From Amphiscolops sp. MND2022 (lineage: Eukaryota): 64,000 nt of DNA. Below are positions 12,896-26,247 of the stretch, piece by piece. The notes beneath the pieces were generated by a model. The model searched no databases. It was not told the origin of the DNA and saw only the letters and a program-made list of their open reading frames with translations. The translations under genes and the position numbers were made by a program. The stretch is taken from positions 85,810,001 to 85,874,000 of the forward strand of contig OZ076409.1 in NCBI GenBank assembly GCA_964187785.1, read 5' to 3'. How positions within the stretch are numbered: the first letter of the stretch is position 1; each line of letters opens with the position of its first letter.

Positions 12896-14616
12896 TGCTA
12901 CGTACTACAAGTTCAACTTTTGACGCGTCATAACACATCCACAACGTTCAATCATATGCAGATCTCAGCAATCAGAGATGCCTCAGCTGCATGGTGTGTG
13001 GTAAATCCGTGGAAGGCAACTGTAAGGCAGCAAAGGAAACGTGTTCAAGTGATGTACAGTGCTAGGCCGGAAGCGTCACTTGAGCACGTTGTCCTGTCTA
13101 ATCAGAGTGCAGCATTTATATCTTTTGATTTCATAAATCAATGGTCGAGTAAGGCTAGCTGACGCAACTTTACACTTCCCGCTTGGCATCTTTCTCTCCC
13201 GATTCCGACTATTTTGTACAAAATAAAGATAGAACGCTAATTATTCGTGTAATTGATCAATACCAGCGTGCTTATGCTCTCTGTACTAATTAAACACCTT
13301 TGTGCAGTACCAATATTTCATACTTGGTATTATTTGCTAATCAAGACCATTTTACAATGTTTTAGTAATAACTATCCAGTGCAAGCCATTTGGCCTATTT
13401 CGGCTTTTGATACTGGGTTGCCCTTTATCCGATGGCCGTACCGGGCATGTTGCTATATTCATTTCTATTGCATTAAACTGTGCCGTTGTTAGCGGCGTTA
13501 ACTGGGCCGCTAAGTAATTTACAGTCCTCTCAATGTAAACATTTTGAGAGTATTAGATTTGGTGTTTTGTCAGAGTGTTGGTTGCCTGATATAATATGGC
13601 CAAATTACTCCGCTTCCCTCTGATGACGGTATTTATATTTGGGAAATGCACTCGAACGCATCCCATTTTATGTGAATCTAAAATAATGTTGCTACTAATA
13701 AAACAGCAATGAATCTCCTTAGACCCTAACGGGACGAATTCCTAATGTGCTTTGTATAGTTGTCGCCGCTAAAAACGGATGGAAGTTGATGGTAATCCGA
13801 CATAGTCAAGTGTCCTTTATGGAATTTGTAAACAGATTGCTTTGTAAAGAATGTGAGTGTCACCCTCTCAGAGGTATGTGTATATATATATTGGTATTTA
13901 TCCTGAGAGGGACAAAATTCGTTTTCTGCTTCCTCTAGTTCAGTTTGTTAATATATTCAGTTTGAAAAACAACGTATAAAATCACGTTTTCCGAACAAGA
14001 TGATTCATTATTTTTGCTCGGATTTTCTTCAATGCCTACTACCAGAAAGCAAAAGAAAGCTAGAAACTCAAGAGGGCTTGAAATGCTCTCGGAGTTTGAG
14101 AATCTAGATATAATGCGAGATGAAAATCATTTTAACGCAAGAGAGAGACGAGAGCTTGAACAGCAATCTGGCTAAAAGGCCAGAAAGCGGCGTTAGTATT
14201 GATTTTGAAATTAACGAGGAAAACACACATGTGAATCCAAGAGTTATTAACTCAGGTGTCAGTACCGATTCTGACCATAACTCAACTACTGCTAACACTG
14301 GTGCTGAGATAAACAGGCTGTCAAGTGAACTGGATTCTCGAAAAACTCGAGAGATGGATGAGATGATGAACTCGGTCAGCGTCCAAATCCAGAGGGCCAT
14401 CAATGATGCCATTAGCAATCAAGTTTACCGCAGATTCAAACTGCCATTTTGGCCGGTTCGGGACAAATGACCAAAATTGGATGGGACGTTCCGTCCGATA
14501 GACCGGAAGTTAATTCCGAAGGTTTGCGAAGCGAGAAGGTTAGGAATGATTTGAGAAGTGAGCAAACACACGGACGTCCATTCAGTGACCTTTCCGACGA
14601 CCGTACTGCTTACGAC
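12896..14616 (+). repeat. Putative LTR (possibly the 3' LTR of Gypsy A) ending in a Gag-N-terminus-like ORF
   Basis: TATA-like run at ~13880. Frameshifted ORF from ATG 14032 (MPTTRKQKKARNSRGLEMLSEFENLDIM...GAEINRLSSELDSRK...) stops abruptly at GCTTACGAC. Organisation parallels the other LTRs. The left boundary is uncertain. Confidence 0.4.
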
Positions 14617-14618
14617 TA

Positions 14619-15525
14619 ATACTCATTTTGAAATAAAATGTGACTGAAAATGTAAAATGTACGTCTACTTTAGGCAAAACAAAAAAAAACAAACAAAAAT
14701 GAAAACAGGTTATCAAATAGAAACTTTCGCCACCTGAAAACTAAATTAGGATGCGTCTTGAAATGAAGATCATAGACTAATCTAAACGAAGACATATCCA
14801 AAATCATCTCTGAGAAAGAACATCAATCAGATCTAATACAGAAAGTACAATGAGATGGCACGCTGAGAAAATTACGCTTCTTCTAAGAAAAAGCAGCTTA
14901 ATTGCACTTTAAACAGCAATTAATGTAGAACTAGGATGACGTCTTGTCGCTAAGTAAACGAATAATTGTGGTACATGTAAATATTACTATACTTGTGACG
15001 TCAAAACTGCGTCACTATTTAGTCAACTAACTAAGAATATTCCAAATTACCCGTCAGCAGTACGTAACCAACTTGGCAGCTAGTCATAATTTTCATTTGA
15101 AAAAATACAGACCGTCAAGCTAGCTGAGAACACTTGTCAACACTATGTCGCAAATCCATCAAAATAGCTGTTTTAGTTCATCCAAATGAAGGAAATGAGT
15201 ACTGTTCTTATGAATTCGGTACAAGGTAAACTCTTAGGATACGTTTAACTTAACTAGGAAAATAGTAAGAATTTTGTAGAAACACTTAAACTTTCCGTCA
15301 AACAAATGACTTTTAGTTTGAGTGTAGAACTAGGAACGTATCAAGGCTCAGATTACACGAATTTTTTCCACATGCTTTTTCAATAGAAGTCACAGTTTAT
15401 ATTTGCAATGTGCAATAAACTTATACCAGTATTGTTCGTAGCATTTTTTTGAAAATTAACGTCGGCCTGACGTGTCAAGTGAATTGTGTCTTATTTTATA
15501 AAACTCAGAATGACGACTCGAATGA
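14619..15525 (+). repeat. Internal fragment of the LTR family seen at 21971-24654 and 58930-61238
   Basis: Colinear similarity to ~22087-23013, e.g. gagatggcacgctgagaaaatta, gcagcttaattgcactttaaacagcaa and aaactcagaatgacgactcgaatga. Confidence 0.85.
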
Positions 15526-15528
15526 GGA

Positions 15529-17214
15529 GGACTCCAAAGTAGAATAATAGTTAAAGACGTCATATTAATGAGGAAATACTATGGGGAATGCGGACAAGTC
15601 ACCCATCATCAAATATTAATCCCCGAACACTTGATAACAGAACTTCTAGGAGAATTTCATGAACAAATGGGAGAACACCCAGGAATCACGAAGATGATTC
15701 AAGAATGCAGATCAAATTACTACTACCCAGGATTAGCCAAAAGAATCAAACAATGGGTATTGCAATGGGAAGACTTCATTAATTACATGAGAATTAGTAA
15801 CAATCAAATCAGAATAAAAAGAATCAAACAATGGGTATTGCAATGCGAAGACTTCAATAAATACATGAGAATTAGTACCAATCAAGTCAGACCAAAGCTT
15901 AACAACAAAACAGAACACTTCTTGGGACCAAAAGATATCCTAGATATCGACATATTATCGCATCTACCAAATTCCGCAGGGTACCAAAACATTGTAACAG
16001 TGATCGACGTATTCTCGCGCTACCTATTTGCATATCCAACGCAGAACAGTACAGCAAAAACAATTGGACGATGCATTGTCGACGTCATGACGAGACACGC
16101 ATATCTGCCATTACTAATTTTATCGGACAAAGGCTCACAATCTCGATCAGAAATCAGAAATAACGCAGATACTAGAAATCCGAGTTAGCAATGCGTCCAC
16201 AGAACATGCACAAACAATTGGAATTCTGGAACGAACACACGCTTTTATCAAAACAGCTTTAAAAATATCGACGGGAGGGAAACGTTCAATGTGGCACAAA
16301 TATGTCCAAATGGCAGTCATGAACTACAACACGACGTATCACAAAACTTTAGGCTGCGAACCATCCACAGAGTTCCATGGACGAATACCCTGCAACGTCT
16401 TCGATTTAAAATTGGGCATCAAGCCGAAATGGAAAACTACGCCTAACTCAGATATAGCAGAGCAACTCTAAAAACAAATTGACGCAGTGCGCGCGACAGC
16501 AAAGGATAATATAATGCTGTCTTATCTCAAATACACAAAAATTAGGACTGCAAACAGTCTGCAACTCCGCTCATAATGAATAACTTTTGCTATATTCTTA
16601 ATCCGAAGCTGACAACCAGGCGACAAAGTTTGCAAATCAAGATTGCATTTGGTTGGGACCGTCTATAGTCATCAAAGTACTATCAAATAATGAAATCACG
16701 ATACGGAAAAATGGCAGAAGATATACACAAACATCCGAATACGTCCTTACGTGCCAGAACAACGAATACCTGACGTCCAGTGCAATCAAACGAATATCGC
16801 CCAGATCCGGACGTCAAGGTGTCGCACAACGAATGGTATGCAGTACCTTGGGAAGTGGACTTTGGCAAGCAAATTACCGAACACGAGACGCCAGAAATTG
16901 CAAATAATATTCAGAAAGTAGTAATACAAGAGGTGACAAACACGAATGACGAGCCAACGACGCCTCAGGTAACAACAAATCAAACTGAAGTCGCAAATGA
17001 CGTGGCGCTGTCGTTCCCGGTTTTTTCGATTCTTACTACAAACGTAGGGAATACCCCATACATACATCGCCCTCACTCATTGAAAGTCCACCTATTACCC
17101 CAAAATCATCGCCTACAGTTGTCGGATATAATCCGAGAAAAACAGCAAAGTACAATTTACGACCTAATCCTAATCATAATGCTAATCCTGACTTCAGACG
17201 ACCTGACGCTATGA
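15529..17214 (+). pseudogene. pol: Integrase and pol tail of 5'-truncated Gypsy B
   Basis: HPGITKMIQECR..YYYPG, IDVFSRYLFAYP, LSDKGSQ, YNTTYH..LGCEP, GPSIVIKV and tail KYNLRPNP. Contains an in-frame 78-bp tandem duplication at 15739-15894 (KRIKQWVLQ x2). Confidence 0.92.
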
Positions 17215-17799
17215 CTACAACTCACTGAAAAAAAGACATTATTCAAAGTCCGGACCGAACTGATCCGACAAATTCAATTACTGGCTTACTATGACATTTT
17301 TTGCTTTTTTTCTAACTCCAGTCTATTTTGACTACTCTGCTGGGGGAGCCTTTTTCTTATCAGATTTTAATTTTCCAGCAGAATTACAACCACCTGTCCA
17401 AAAATGACAATCAATAAACTAATCAAAGACATAACAAGCAGAGTTTCAAAGTTCCATCAACGTGAAAGTTATTTCTTCTCCAAGTTGGAACTTGATCCTG
17501 AAGTACGACCTTTTCGGCCTTTCCCTTTTTTCTGCAATAATTGCGAAAGACTCTCATCACAATTGTTACTACTAACAGACGAACGAGTTTAAGATGTCCC
17601 ATCAACGCTTGCAGATTTACTGGAGGCCGCAACCGCACCAGCAAACAGTTTGTCACCACCCACACAGGAAGAAGGTTCAGACAGCTCACCAGTGACCACT
17701 CGACTACTATGCCTGTTAGCACCATACAAATACTGATATGAGCCTTTTTTTCCCAGCACCGTCGTACTGCCTGACAAAGGCAACACAACCTCCACTCAA

Positions 17800-20230
17800 C
17801 AAACCATCCCAATGGCCGAAACTCGCATTAGATGAAAAAGCCCGAGACCCACTGATCGCATCAAGTACTGCTTCCATAGTGCTCTGCGTAAAAAACTCTT
17901 CTGCTTATAACAGGGCGACAGCACAAAACTCTGCACCACTGAAATGCAGGACGGCCCAGTTCAAATGGAACAGTCGGGTACAATTTCCGACGCCGCACAA
18001 CAACGAAGAAACATTTTTTTCAAAACTCGTAACAAATGCCTCCGTGACAAGAAACTGTAATCAGCTAATCTTCAGCGTTTTCTCCACTGTCTGGAATGCG
18101 CATCAGTAACATAAGTAGTAAACTCCTCACAACTGGCCACAGACTCATCCTCATTCAAACATCCACTCTTCTTCAGAACAGAAAGCAACTTACTAAACAA
18201 CTGGAAGATATGTTGATCGTAACCCTCGAGTAAAATCTCTGGACAAAAGGAATACAGCCCTTGCATAACGTTAGACAAAACCAAGTACAACGTTAAAACA
18301 ACGTCAACGAGATGGTCCAAGAATTCTCAAACTTGTTTTTGTAAAGTCTCGCTTTTCCTTGGTGGCCCCTCGTTGCAATTGATTACCGAACTCGCCTGTC
18401 AACAGGAACCCCTCGGGGCAAATTTTCTTTATCTCAGCCATTTTGTTGCGATTCATATAATTATCCCACACATGAATCCCATGAAGCGACGACAATTTCT
18501 GAGTCCGTGACATAACACAATATATAAAAGGACACAACTCTTCAAAACTGTGAAAACTGTAGTCATCTCGTCCAGACAATTGCTTTGGGAAACTACACCA
18601 ATCTGCGACAGAACAAAAAAATTTTAAGCACAAACTCAAACTCAGATTGTCCTCCCTTTCTAGCACCACCTATTTTGTTTCTTCTTTTTCATCCTTTTTC
18701 TTTTCCCCTACCACACACAACAAGAAACCACTAATCCTAACAAAGATCCAACACGCGGAGCAATAACTTCAAAGGCAAGTCGCTTCTTCCATCCGAATCA
18801 AACTGTCTGTCCCTCGCATCTAAAACAAAACCGCAAAATAAGCCCGCGGACCAATAGTCAACATTTCCCAATCAGCCAAGATGGAAGACGAAACAGAAAC
18901 GACAAAACAGACAACACAAGTAATAGTTATCTTATCAGAAGTAGACTTGACATGCCGATGTTCAGTAAAAAGAACAAATTCGCGAACACTTACCCCATGC
19001 GACTAGACTCTACACTACATACTACTCGAGACAATGACAACTACTCGGAAGACGCAACACATTGACCAAGCGCCTCAACATTCACACAGATGTCCAGCAA
19101 AGATTAGTCCTCCCAAGTTCCGACAAAACACAATTGCTCCAAACCACTTTCCGCGAATGACACCGAATATTCTTTGAAGGATGACACTCGTGACAGTTAC
19201 ATCCTCAGCGCTCGCGGGAACAATGCGCGACACACTAACACCTGCAAATAACAACCAATTACAATCAGCGACAAAATAGACCATCATATCACACCCACCC
19301 AAACCTAGAGAAGAAGAACATCAGAGTCACTACTTGGACCAATCAAATACACTTACCAAAGACTCAGCTTTACTCCAGTTCAGCGCATATAGCGGGTTGT
19401 CTGGCCCACGTGTTGCCCAAAAACAACCCCACAATCGGCGTCGGAGGATGTCTGTTCCGCCAGCACGAAAAAGCTGGACGAGACAATTCACCATTGTTAG
19501 CAGGGGCACAGTCGAATCCATCCGTGTACAGGATGGAAGAAGGTCCTCAGGGAAGCTGAATCTTTCCGACTTATCCTTGAAAGGACGAGAAGAAATCACT
19601 CCTGTGAGACTCCGACAGTTCGATAGGATCCATCAGTTTATCAAAGACCGGCAATCCTTGGTGAACCCTTGGTCTCCTGAGAAATGACGACTCAGCTCGC
19701 CTGCCCTCCGGGTCTCCATTACCACATCTCAATGACAGATGGTGCAGAAAAAGGAATTATCTGAGCCAGTGCTCGATCCACTCACAAACAACTCCAGAAC
19801 AGGGTCGTCTCGGACCATTTCACGACGGAATCGATTCCGCGAACTATAAGTCTGTTTCTTTTGTCGCTGTGAGGGCGTCACACACTCCAGACTGTGCTCT
19901 ACTCGAAAAACCAAAGCTTCAAGCTCTATAACAACAAAACCACCTCAACTGAAAGCAACAGCCACAAAACACCCTCCACCAACAAAAAACACACAAAAAA
20001 AAACAAACAACGATCATAATACTCACTGGAAACGAAAGGTTCTACTGTGCTGGGTTTCCGGCTCGGTGGCGACCAACTCGCTAAGCCTCGCAACCCGCCT
20101 GTTGGCGCCAACTATTTCATCCTTGTCGTCTCTACTGCTAGAGTCATTGACATCATGTTGACGATTCAAAGTCGACAAGCGCACAGAACGACGACGTTTA
20201 CTCGACGATGTGTTCATAGTCTTCACGCCA
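17800..20230 (-). pseudogene. Antisense accessory gene of Gypsy B, homologous to that of Gypsy A (hAT-like)
   Basis: Zn finger ELFVSG...SFFCTICH...GELSRHF (19680-19914). C-terminal SNVMQGLYSFCPEILL...LFSKLL...EEFTTYV (18072-18320) parallels IIKGLAAFDP..L...HFELLY...DEYLGLM of A. Confidence 0.5.
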
Positions 20231-21970
20231 AAGACAAAAATCTCCCCTACAAATGAGCATCATATCCTGCAAGACGAAACTATACAAAAATGGTCAAACA
20301 ATATATGACAGACAAAACCCAACAAAGCAAAACAGACAACTAAATTACTTGGTACAACAACTGAAGTGTCAGGCCTCCCAGAAACAGGGTTTGGGGAACC
20401 AGTCAGATAATGGCAAAACGCGGTGACGCGACACCACTCACTACCGTCCTAGTCGATGGAACATCACCACCGGTCGTACCTCCCTCGTTTTCTACAGAGG
20501 GGGCAGCATCTTCCTTTGCTGCATGCCCTGTGTCTTCTACAGACGGGGGCATCTTCTTTTGCTGCATGTTCTGTCTTCTACAGGGGGGAACATCCTCGCC
20601 TACGCGAGAAGCAAGCACCTCAAGGACGAGAGAAACAGCGTCAAAAGTAGCGGCAGAAACATCAAGAGACTCAGTGGTGATGCCAGAAAGATCATCAGGT
20701 AACGGAGCTGTAACAACGGTAGCAGAAGTTCCGACCAGAAGAGACAAAGATTACAGACCGGCGACTGAAAAACATTTCTAATATCGACGCGTCAGAAAAA
20801 CCTAAGCAGTGGAAATACTGCTACAGAAAAGGCCTATCAGTTGAACGTATATTTCACAAAAGCTTATGGAAACTTGGAATACCAAACTTACAATGTGCAG
20901 GCCGATGAAAAAGGTCAGCGTCACTCTCGCTCACATCGCCATTTGAGAACAGGAACTGCGTCTCATTGCCACTCAGAGCACCTGACTCAATAAGACCATG
21001 GAAAGTTGACATTACATACAGCTGAGAATCTGAAAACAAAACAAAATGGAAACAATTTCCAAATATGATGTCATCAAAACGATGACAAAAATTAAAGTTG
21101 GTAAATCACCAACGAAATTGACGTCAGCAAAACGTCGACAAAAATGTTATCAGGGTTAAAAATTAATCCTAAAATCTATAATGACTTCATCAAAACGGTG
21201 ACAAACTTTGAGTTAGCTAAAAGCTAACGAAATTGATGTTAGCAAAATGTTGACAAGTTTGGTTGAGCTAAATATTTGATTTGAAGTCAATAAAAACGCG
21301 ACGTTGGCATAACGTCAACACCTGGGATTAAAAAAGGATTAAATGGATAGATTAACCTATCAGAATGGAAGGACTCATTCCAACATTTTCCTTAATCCTA
21401 ATTAATCCCAAATTCATTGTGAAACAATCAAAAGTAAATCCCTTGGGAATTCATACCCAACTACAGTGTAGTGTTAGAGGTATCCCACTCCTCGACAGAA
21501 GCAGTCGCAGACGGGGAGGAATGTTTCGATATCTCGGCGGACTCCCTTGAGTCGAATTGCAAAAAGACGAGGTTAAATTCAAGTCTGGAATCCTTCGACC
21601 TTGAGACGTACGCCCCGCGACGAGAATCGGCTGTGAGCCGAGACGAAGAGCTGCCGGACATCCCAGAAAGCCCCGACGAGAGCGTGTGTTCAGACGTGTT
21701 CGTTTTAGAGGAGCCCACAACACACGAAGAGTCCATAACGAGCAGTAAAGTGGCAGAATAACTCGAACGAGTACAACAGGAAGACTCCGGTTCATATTAT
21801 ATCACTCCCTCCGGTCCAATAAAGAAGATACTTTTCAACCGGTGAGCCCTCTGATCAACCTCGGACAGGAGGGCAACATGAGCAGAACAACAGATGCCAG
21901 GGTGGAATAGCCTCAAATCTCGTTCATGTCACGGCAACCTGGGGAGGTGTTCGCACGACAAGAGTGGCTC

Positions 21971-24654
21971 TGTCGCAGCCCGCTCTCGGTCTGGGATGCT
22001 GCTGCAAACGCATTGGGATCGGGAGAGGACACGGCTGCAGCCTGCGGTTTCCCATGTGGTACTTCAATTACTGATTTCAAACATTGATACTCATTTTCGA
22101 AATGAACTGTCACTGAAAATACAAAAAATACGTCTACTTTGCGCAAAACGCAAAAGAAAATGAAAACAAATGATATCAAATCAGCTAGAAAGATTTCATG
22201 CATTTCCGGCAAGACGTTTTTGTCACGTCAGAATAGAAACATTCGCCACCCGAAAACTAAATTAGGATGCGTATTGAAATTAAGTTCATTGACTAATCTG
22301 AATGAAGACATTTCCAAAATCATCTCTGCGAAAGAACACCACTCATATCTAAAACAGAAACCTCATTGAGATGGCACGCTGAGAAAATTACACTTCTCCT
22401 AAGAAAAAGCAGCTTAATTGCACTTTAAACAGCAAGTATTGTAGAACTAGGACGACGTCTTGTCGCTAAGTAAACAAATATTAGTGGTACATGCAAATTT
22501 TACTATACATGAGATGTCAGCACTGCGTCACTAACTGGTCAGCTAACTAAGAATATTCCAAATTACTCGTCAGCAATACGTAACCAACTTGGCAGCTAGT
22601 CAGATTTTTCATTCCAAAAAACACAGACTGCCAAGCTAGCTGAGGAAACTTGTTATTACTACGTCGCAAACCTACCAAAATAGCTGTTTTAGTCCATCCA
22701 AAACAATGAAATGAGTTTCGTTCTGTTGAATTCGGTACAAGGTTAACTCTTAGGATAGGTTTAACCTAACTAGGAAAAAAAGGAGACTTGTAGAAGCACG
22801 TCAACCTATCGTCAAACAAATTACTGGTAATTTGAATGTAGAACTAGGGACGTATCAAGGCTCCGATTACACAATTTGATTCCACAAATTTTTTGAATAG
22901 AAGTCACAGTTTAAATTTCTAATGCGTATTAAACCTATACCAGTATTGTTTGTAGCATTTCGAGAAAATTGACGTCGGCGCCTTTACAAAACTCAGAATG
23001 ACGACTCGAATGATGTTTTTCTAAATATTGGTACAATAATTTGATACCTGTTAAAATTATTATTGAACGAACCAAGTTGCCTTTTAGATAATAAAGGTTG
23101 ATGTTGCTAACTGAAGTTACTGTTGCGTTTATTTTAACAAGCCAGGACCGGCCCAAGTCGGCGCCAGATCCAAGGCTCAAAATTAGCAAAAGGACATCGA
23201 AGTTTCAAAGTTTTCTCTTATACACAGCACTAAAACTTCTTTTTGAAAAAAATCTCACAACGCCGAAAAAAATTGAAAGGATGGACCCTATGGGGTTTTT
23301 CTATACCCGGTCTGTCGGAAAACCTAAAAAAATTGAAGTGGGGACCTTTTGGGGAAATTTTGGCAATGCCAAAACAAAACTGAGAGGGGAGACCCATTTG
23401 TCTCGTTCGGCATTGTATGTTATGCGGGAAATTTTTTGGTTCTGTTCCCTGGGCCAACAGGTGAAACTTGAAATTTTGTAGAACTTCTGATAGAACTATT
23501 TTGGTTAGTTCAAGTGGTCTTAAAAAACACAGACGAAAAGCCATGACTATAGTCAACTCTTTTCTCTAGAAAAGCGCCGACTAAATATTGACGTTGTCAT
23601 TTCGTTGCCTAATATTTTGTTTGACATAATTAATGGCATTTCGCTAATTGTAAACGGTAATTACGTCGAAGTAATTAAATCCCTGTTAAACGGTGTACGT
23701 TTCTCTTTTCCTAGCATCATCATTTAAAGATTAGTCATAACTTTTCTTTAAGTCAAAATTCACAATCAGGTCTTAGTTGTTCACGTCAGCGTCATCTCTG
23801 CGTCGATTTACGAAACAAAGGAGTAAAACAGGGAAAGATTTCCGGTTTGACAGCCTGAAGTAATATCTACTTCCTGCTTGGGAGGAAACAAACAGACGCC
23901 GGTATGAAATGATGTGATCATGGTTGATGTCTAATACTAGATTGAAATTGTCGTGTCTTGAAATTTGACGAAATGTCGACGCAAACTTTGGATCTAAATA
24001 ATTTTACCATCAAAAATACAGGAAATGACTAATTGTTTGAGAGGTGAATTAGGAATTCATACGTGATCAAATGATGCTAGGAGGGTATAAATATGAGGTG
24101 CTTCCATTTCTGGGGGACTCAGTCTTTCATTCTGCTATAAAACAGTTTGTACAAGTTGTCTCTGCTTTTGAAGCCCTCTTCTCAACTTTGTTGAAAAATA
24201 CAGCTCAAAAGTCAATTAAAAATCCAAAATTGACACTTTTATTCCAAAGATGTCGACAATAAAAAGTCAAAAGAGATTAAACAACCAACAGGAGACCGCC
24301 GAGAGTGTAAGTGAAGGTTTAGTTTCACCAATAAAACTGGAAATCATTTGTCACGCAGACCTAGACGAGACGTAAGCATTGCGGGACCTTCTACTGCAAA
24401 ATCTCCCAGGGTTGAAAACAATTTCTTAGAGAATTTAAGAGATTCTTTGAAGGAAGAGATAACTTCCGAAATCAAGAATCTCCCCGTAGAATCTCAGAAA
24501 GAAATGTTGAAACTGTTGAAACCTAAAACAGCAGGAAACGTAAGAGAAAATGCTGATGAAGAACTAGAAAATGAAACAAGGAGTTTCTACACACCTAAAA
24601 AATCTGTTAGGATGAACTCAACCCATAACGACGACCCGAGCACAAGTCGTAACA
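21971..24654 (+). repeat. LTR (TGTCGCAGCCCGC...GTCGTAACA) with an internal insertion and a Gag-N-like ORF at its 3' end
   Basis: TG...CA termini. Both ends and several internal blocks are homologous to the reverse complement of 58930-61238. TATA (GTATAAATA) at ~24085. ORF from ATG 24250 ...LRDSLKEEITSEIKNL.ESQKEMLKLLK. Confidence 0.75.
23136..23585. repeat. Short non-coding interspersed repeat inserted in the LTR; related sequence at ~29520-30065
   Basis: Interrupts the LTR homology. Shares motifs (aattttgtagaact, agaactatttt, tatagtc) with 29.9-30.06 kb. Boundaries approximate. Confidence 0.35.
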
Positions 24655-25256
24655 AACACAGTATCGTTGTCGGTCCTGATAAATTTTAGGAGGCCATCAA
24701 TTTTGAAGTAGAGTAGCTTCCACAAAATTATATCACAATTGTGCAAATATTGGACATTTGCCATGAAGGAACGTGTGTATATATTAACTTTGATCGATAT
24801 ATATTCAGTATACCGATCTCCCAATTTCCGAAAATTTCAACACGCGGGTCTCCAAGCGATCCACTCGAAAAGCGTTGTTTCGAATATATATCGGCAAGGT
24901 CAATCATGTGAGTACTGAATTTAGAAGAAAATTCTGAGAACTTTCTCACCGGTCGTGAAGAACACTGCTATTTACGTTTCTCAGACATTCTAAAATCGTT
25001 GTTTACGAAAAAACGATCGTTTTTGCGATCTTTCTTTAGCTTTGTCGTTGAGCATCACATCGATTTTTGTACAACGATTTTCGTTTCGCTTCTGAATATT
25101 AAGTATATCATTTTCTTTGGTGGTTTCTTAATTTGACGTTCTTTGAAACCAGCCGCTGAGCCGGGTGTGGTAAATCACTATGTTCTTATCTTCAGGGTAA
25201 ATGAACGTAGCAATACACGAAAGAGATCATAAGCCCTTTATTTTAACTTGTTCAAA

Positions 25257-25616
25257 CATTCAAAGGACACGATTTTAACAAATGAAATTCTTTCGAATCA
25301 ATCTGAATTTTTTGACAAAGAGGAATTACGCCTAAGGAATAACATAAATGCTAAACACGAGTAATGCCTTAAGACTAGTCTCGCACATTCTCCATTTTTA
25401 TATATTGGATTTAAGAATTTATTTTTTAAAAGTTACTAACTTTTAAAAAATAAATTCTTAAATCCAATATATAAAAATGGAGAATGTGCGAGACTAGTCT
25501 TAAGGCATTACTCGTGTTTAGCATTTATGTTATTCCTTAGGCGTAATTCCTCTTTGTCAAAAAATTCAGATTGATTCGAAAGAATTTCATTTGTTAAAAT
25601 CGTGTCCTTTTGAATG
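25257..25616. repeat. Near-perfect palindrome, ~180 bp arms, 1-nt loop
   Basis: Centre ...ttttaaaagtta C taacttttaaaa... at 25436. Ends cattcaaaggacacg / cgtgtccttttgaatg. Confidence 0.95.
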
Positions 25617-25650
25617 ACGTCTAAGGTATAGTATACCTTAGACGTCATTC
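25612..25650. repeat. Perfect 19-bp-arm hairpin, 1-nt loop
   Basis: gaatgacgtctaaggtata G tataccttagacgtcattc. Confidence 0.95.
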
Positions 25651-25730
25651 GCATCTCAAAGTAAGTTTAGACGTTTAGTTTTCATTTTACCTTCTGTTGT
25701 TCGGACGTTCAATTTTTCAAAATGATCATT

Positions 25731-26247
25731 TTGCCCAAGCTCAGTAGAACGACCAATCGAACAACAATATACACGAATTAAATTTTATGAAAAGTGAATT
25801 CACATGCCTTTAAGAAGACTGCTCTGATAGTTCATCGAAAAAAGCTCACCATGAGAGCGCATGTAATTGGACGACAACGTGAAACGTGGACGTCACAGAC
25901 ACTTGTCATGATCTATTTTGTTTGGATTAGTGTCTTTAAAAATTCAAAAAGCCGTTTTTCAATTAGCTGAATACGTAGTCCCAAGACTCGAGTCTTGGGA
26001 CTACGTATTCAGCTAATTGAAAAACGGCTTTCTGAATTTTTAAAGACACTAATCCAAACAAAATAGATCATGACAAGTGTCTGTGACGTCCACGTTTCAC
26101 GTTGTCGTCCAATTACATGCGCTCTCATGGTGAGCTTTTTTCGATGAACTATCAGAACAGTCTTCTTAAAGGCATGTGAATTCACTTTTCATAATATTTA
26201 ATTCGTGTTATTGTTGTTCGATTGGTCGTTCTACTGAGCTTGGGCAA
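25731..26247. repeat. Near-perfect palindrome, ~258 bp arms, no loop
   Basis: Centre ...gtcccaagactc|gagtcttgggac... at 25989/25990. Ends ttgcccaagctcag / ctgagcttgggcaa. A few mismatches between the arms. Confidence 0.95.

Larger units (their letters stand above)
1..14616 (+). mobile_element. Ty3/Gypsy LTR retrotransposon A (decayed, runs off the left edge) with ~7 kb accessory region after pol
   Basis: Gag CCHC knuckle, then PR-RT-RNaseH-IN order across frameshifted ORFs 731-5397. An antisense gene region (5.9-11.4 kb) and an LTR-like segment follow. The right boundary is inferred. Confidence 0.75.

Noticed and set aside
14619..23013. Direct repeats 14619-15525 and ~22087-23013 as the LTR pair of Gypsy B
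   Set aside because: The left copy is an internal fragment without TG/CA ends or PBS and abuts mid-integrase. The copies are clearly diverged and no TSD is found.
21971..24654. Clean solo-LTR insertion
   Set aside because: The flanks (GGCTC / AACAC) do not form a TSD, so the insertion context is unresolved.
25257..26247. MITE or Foldback transposon explanation for the palindromes
   Set aside because: No spacer, no TSD and no second copy in the window; cannot be excluded without a genome-wide search.
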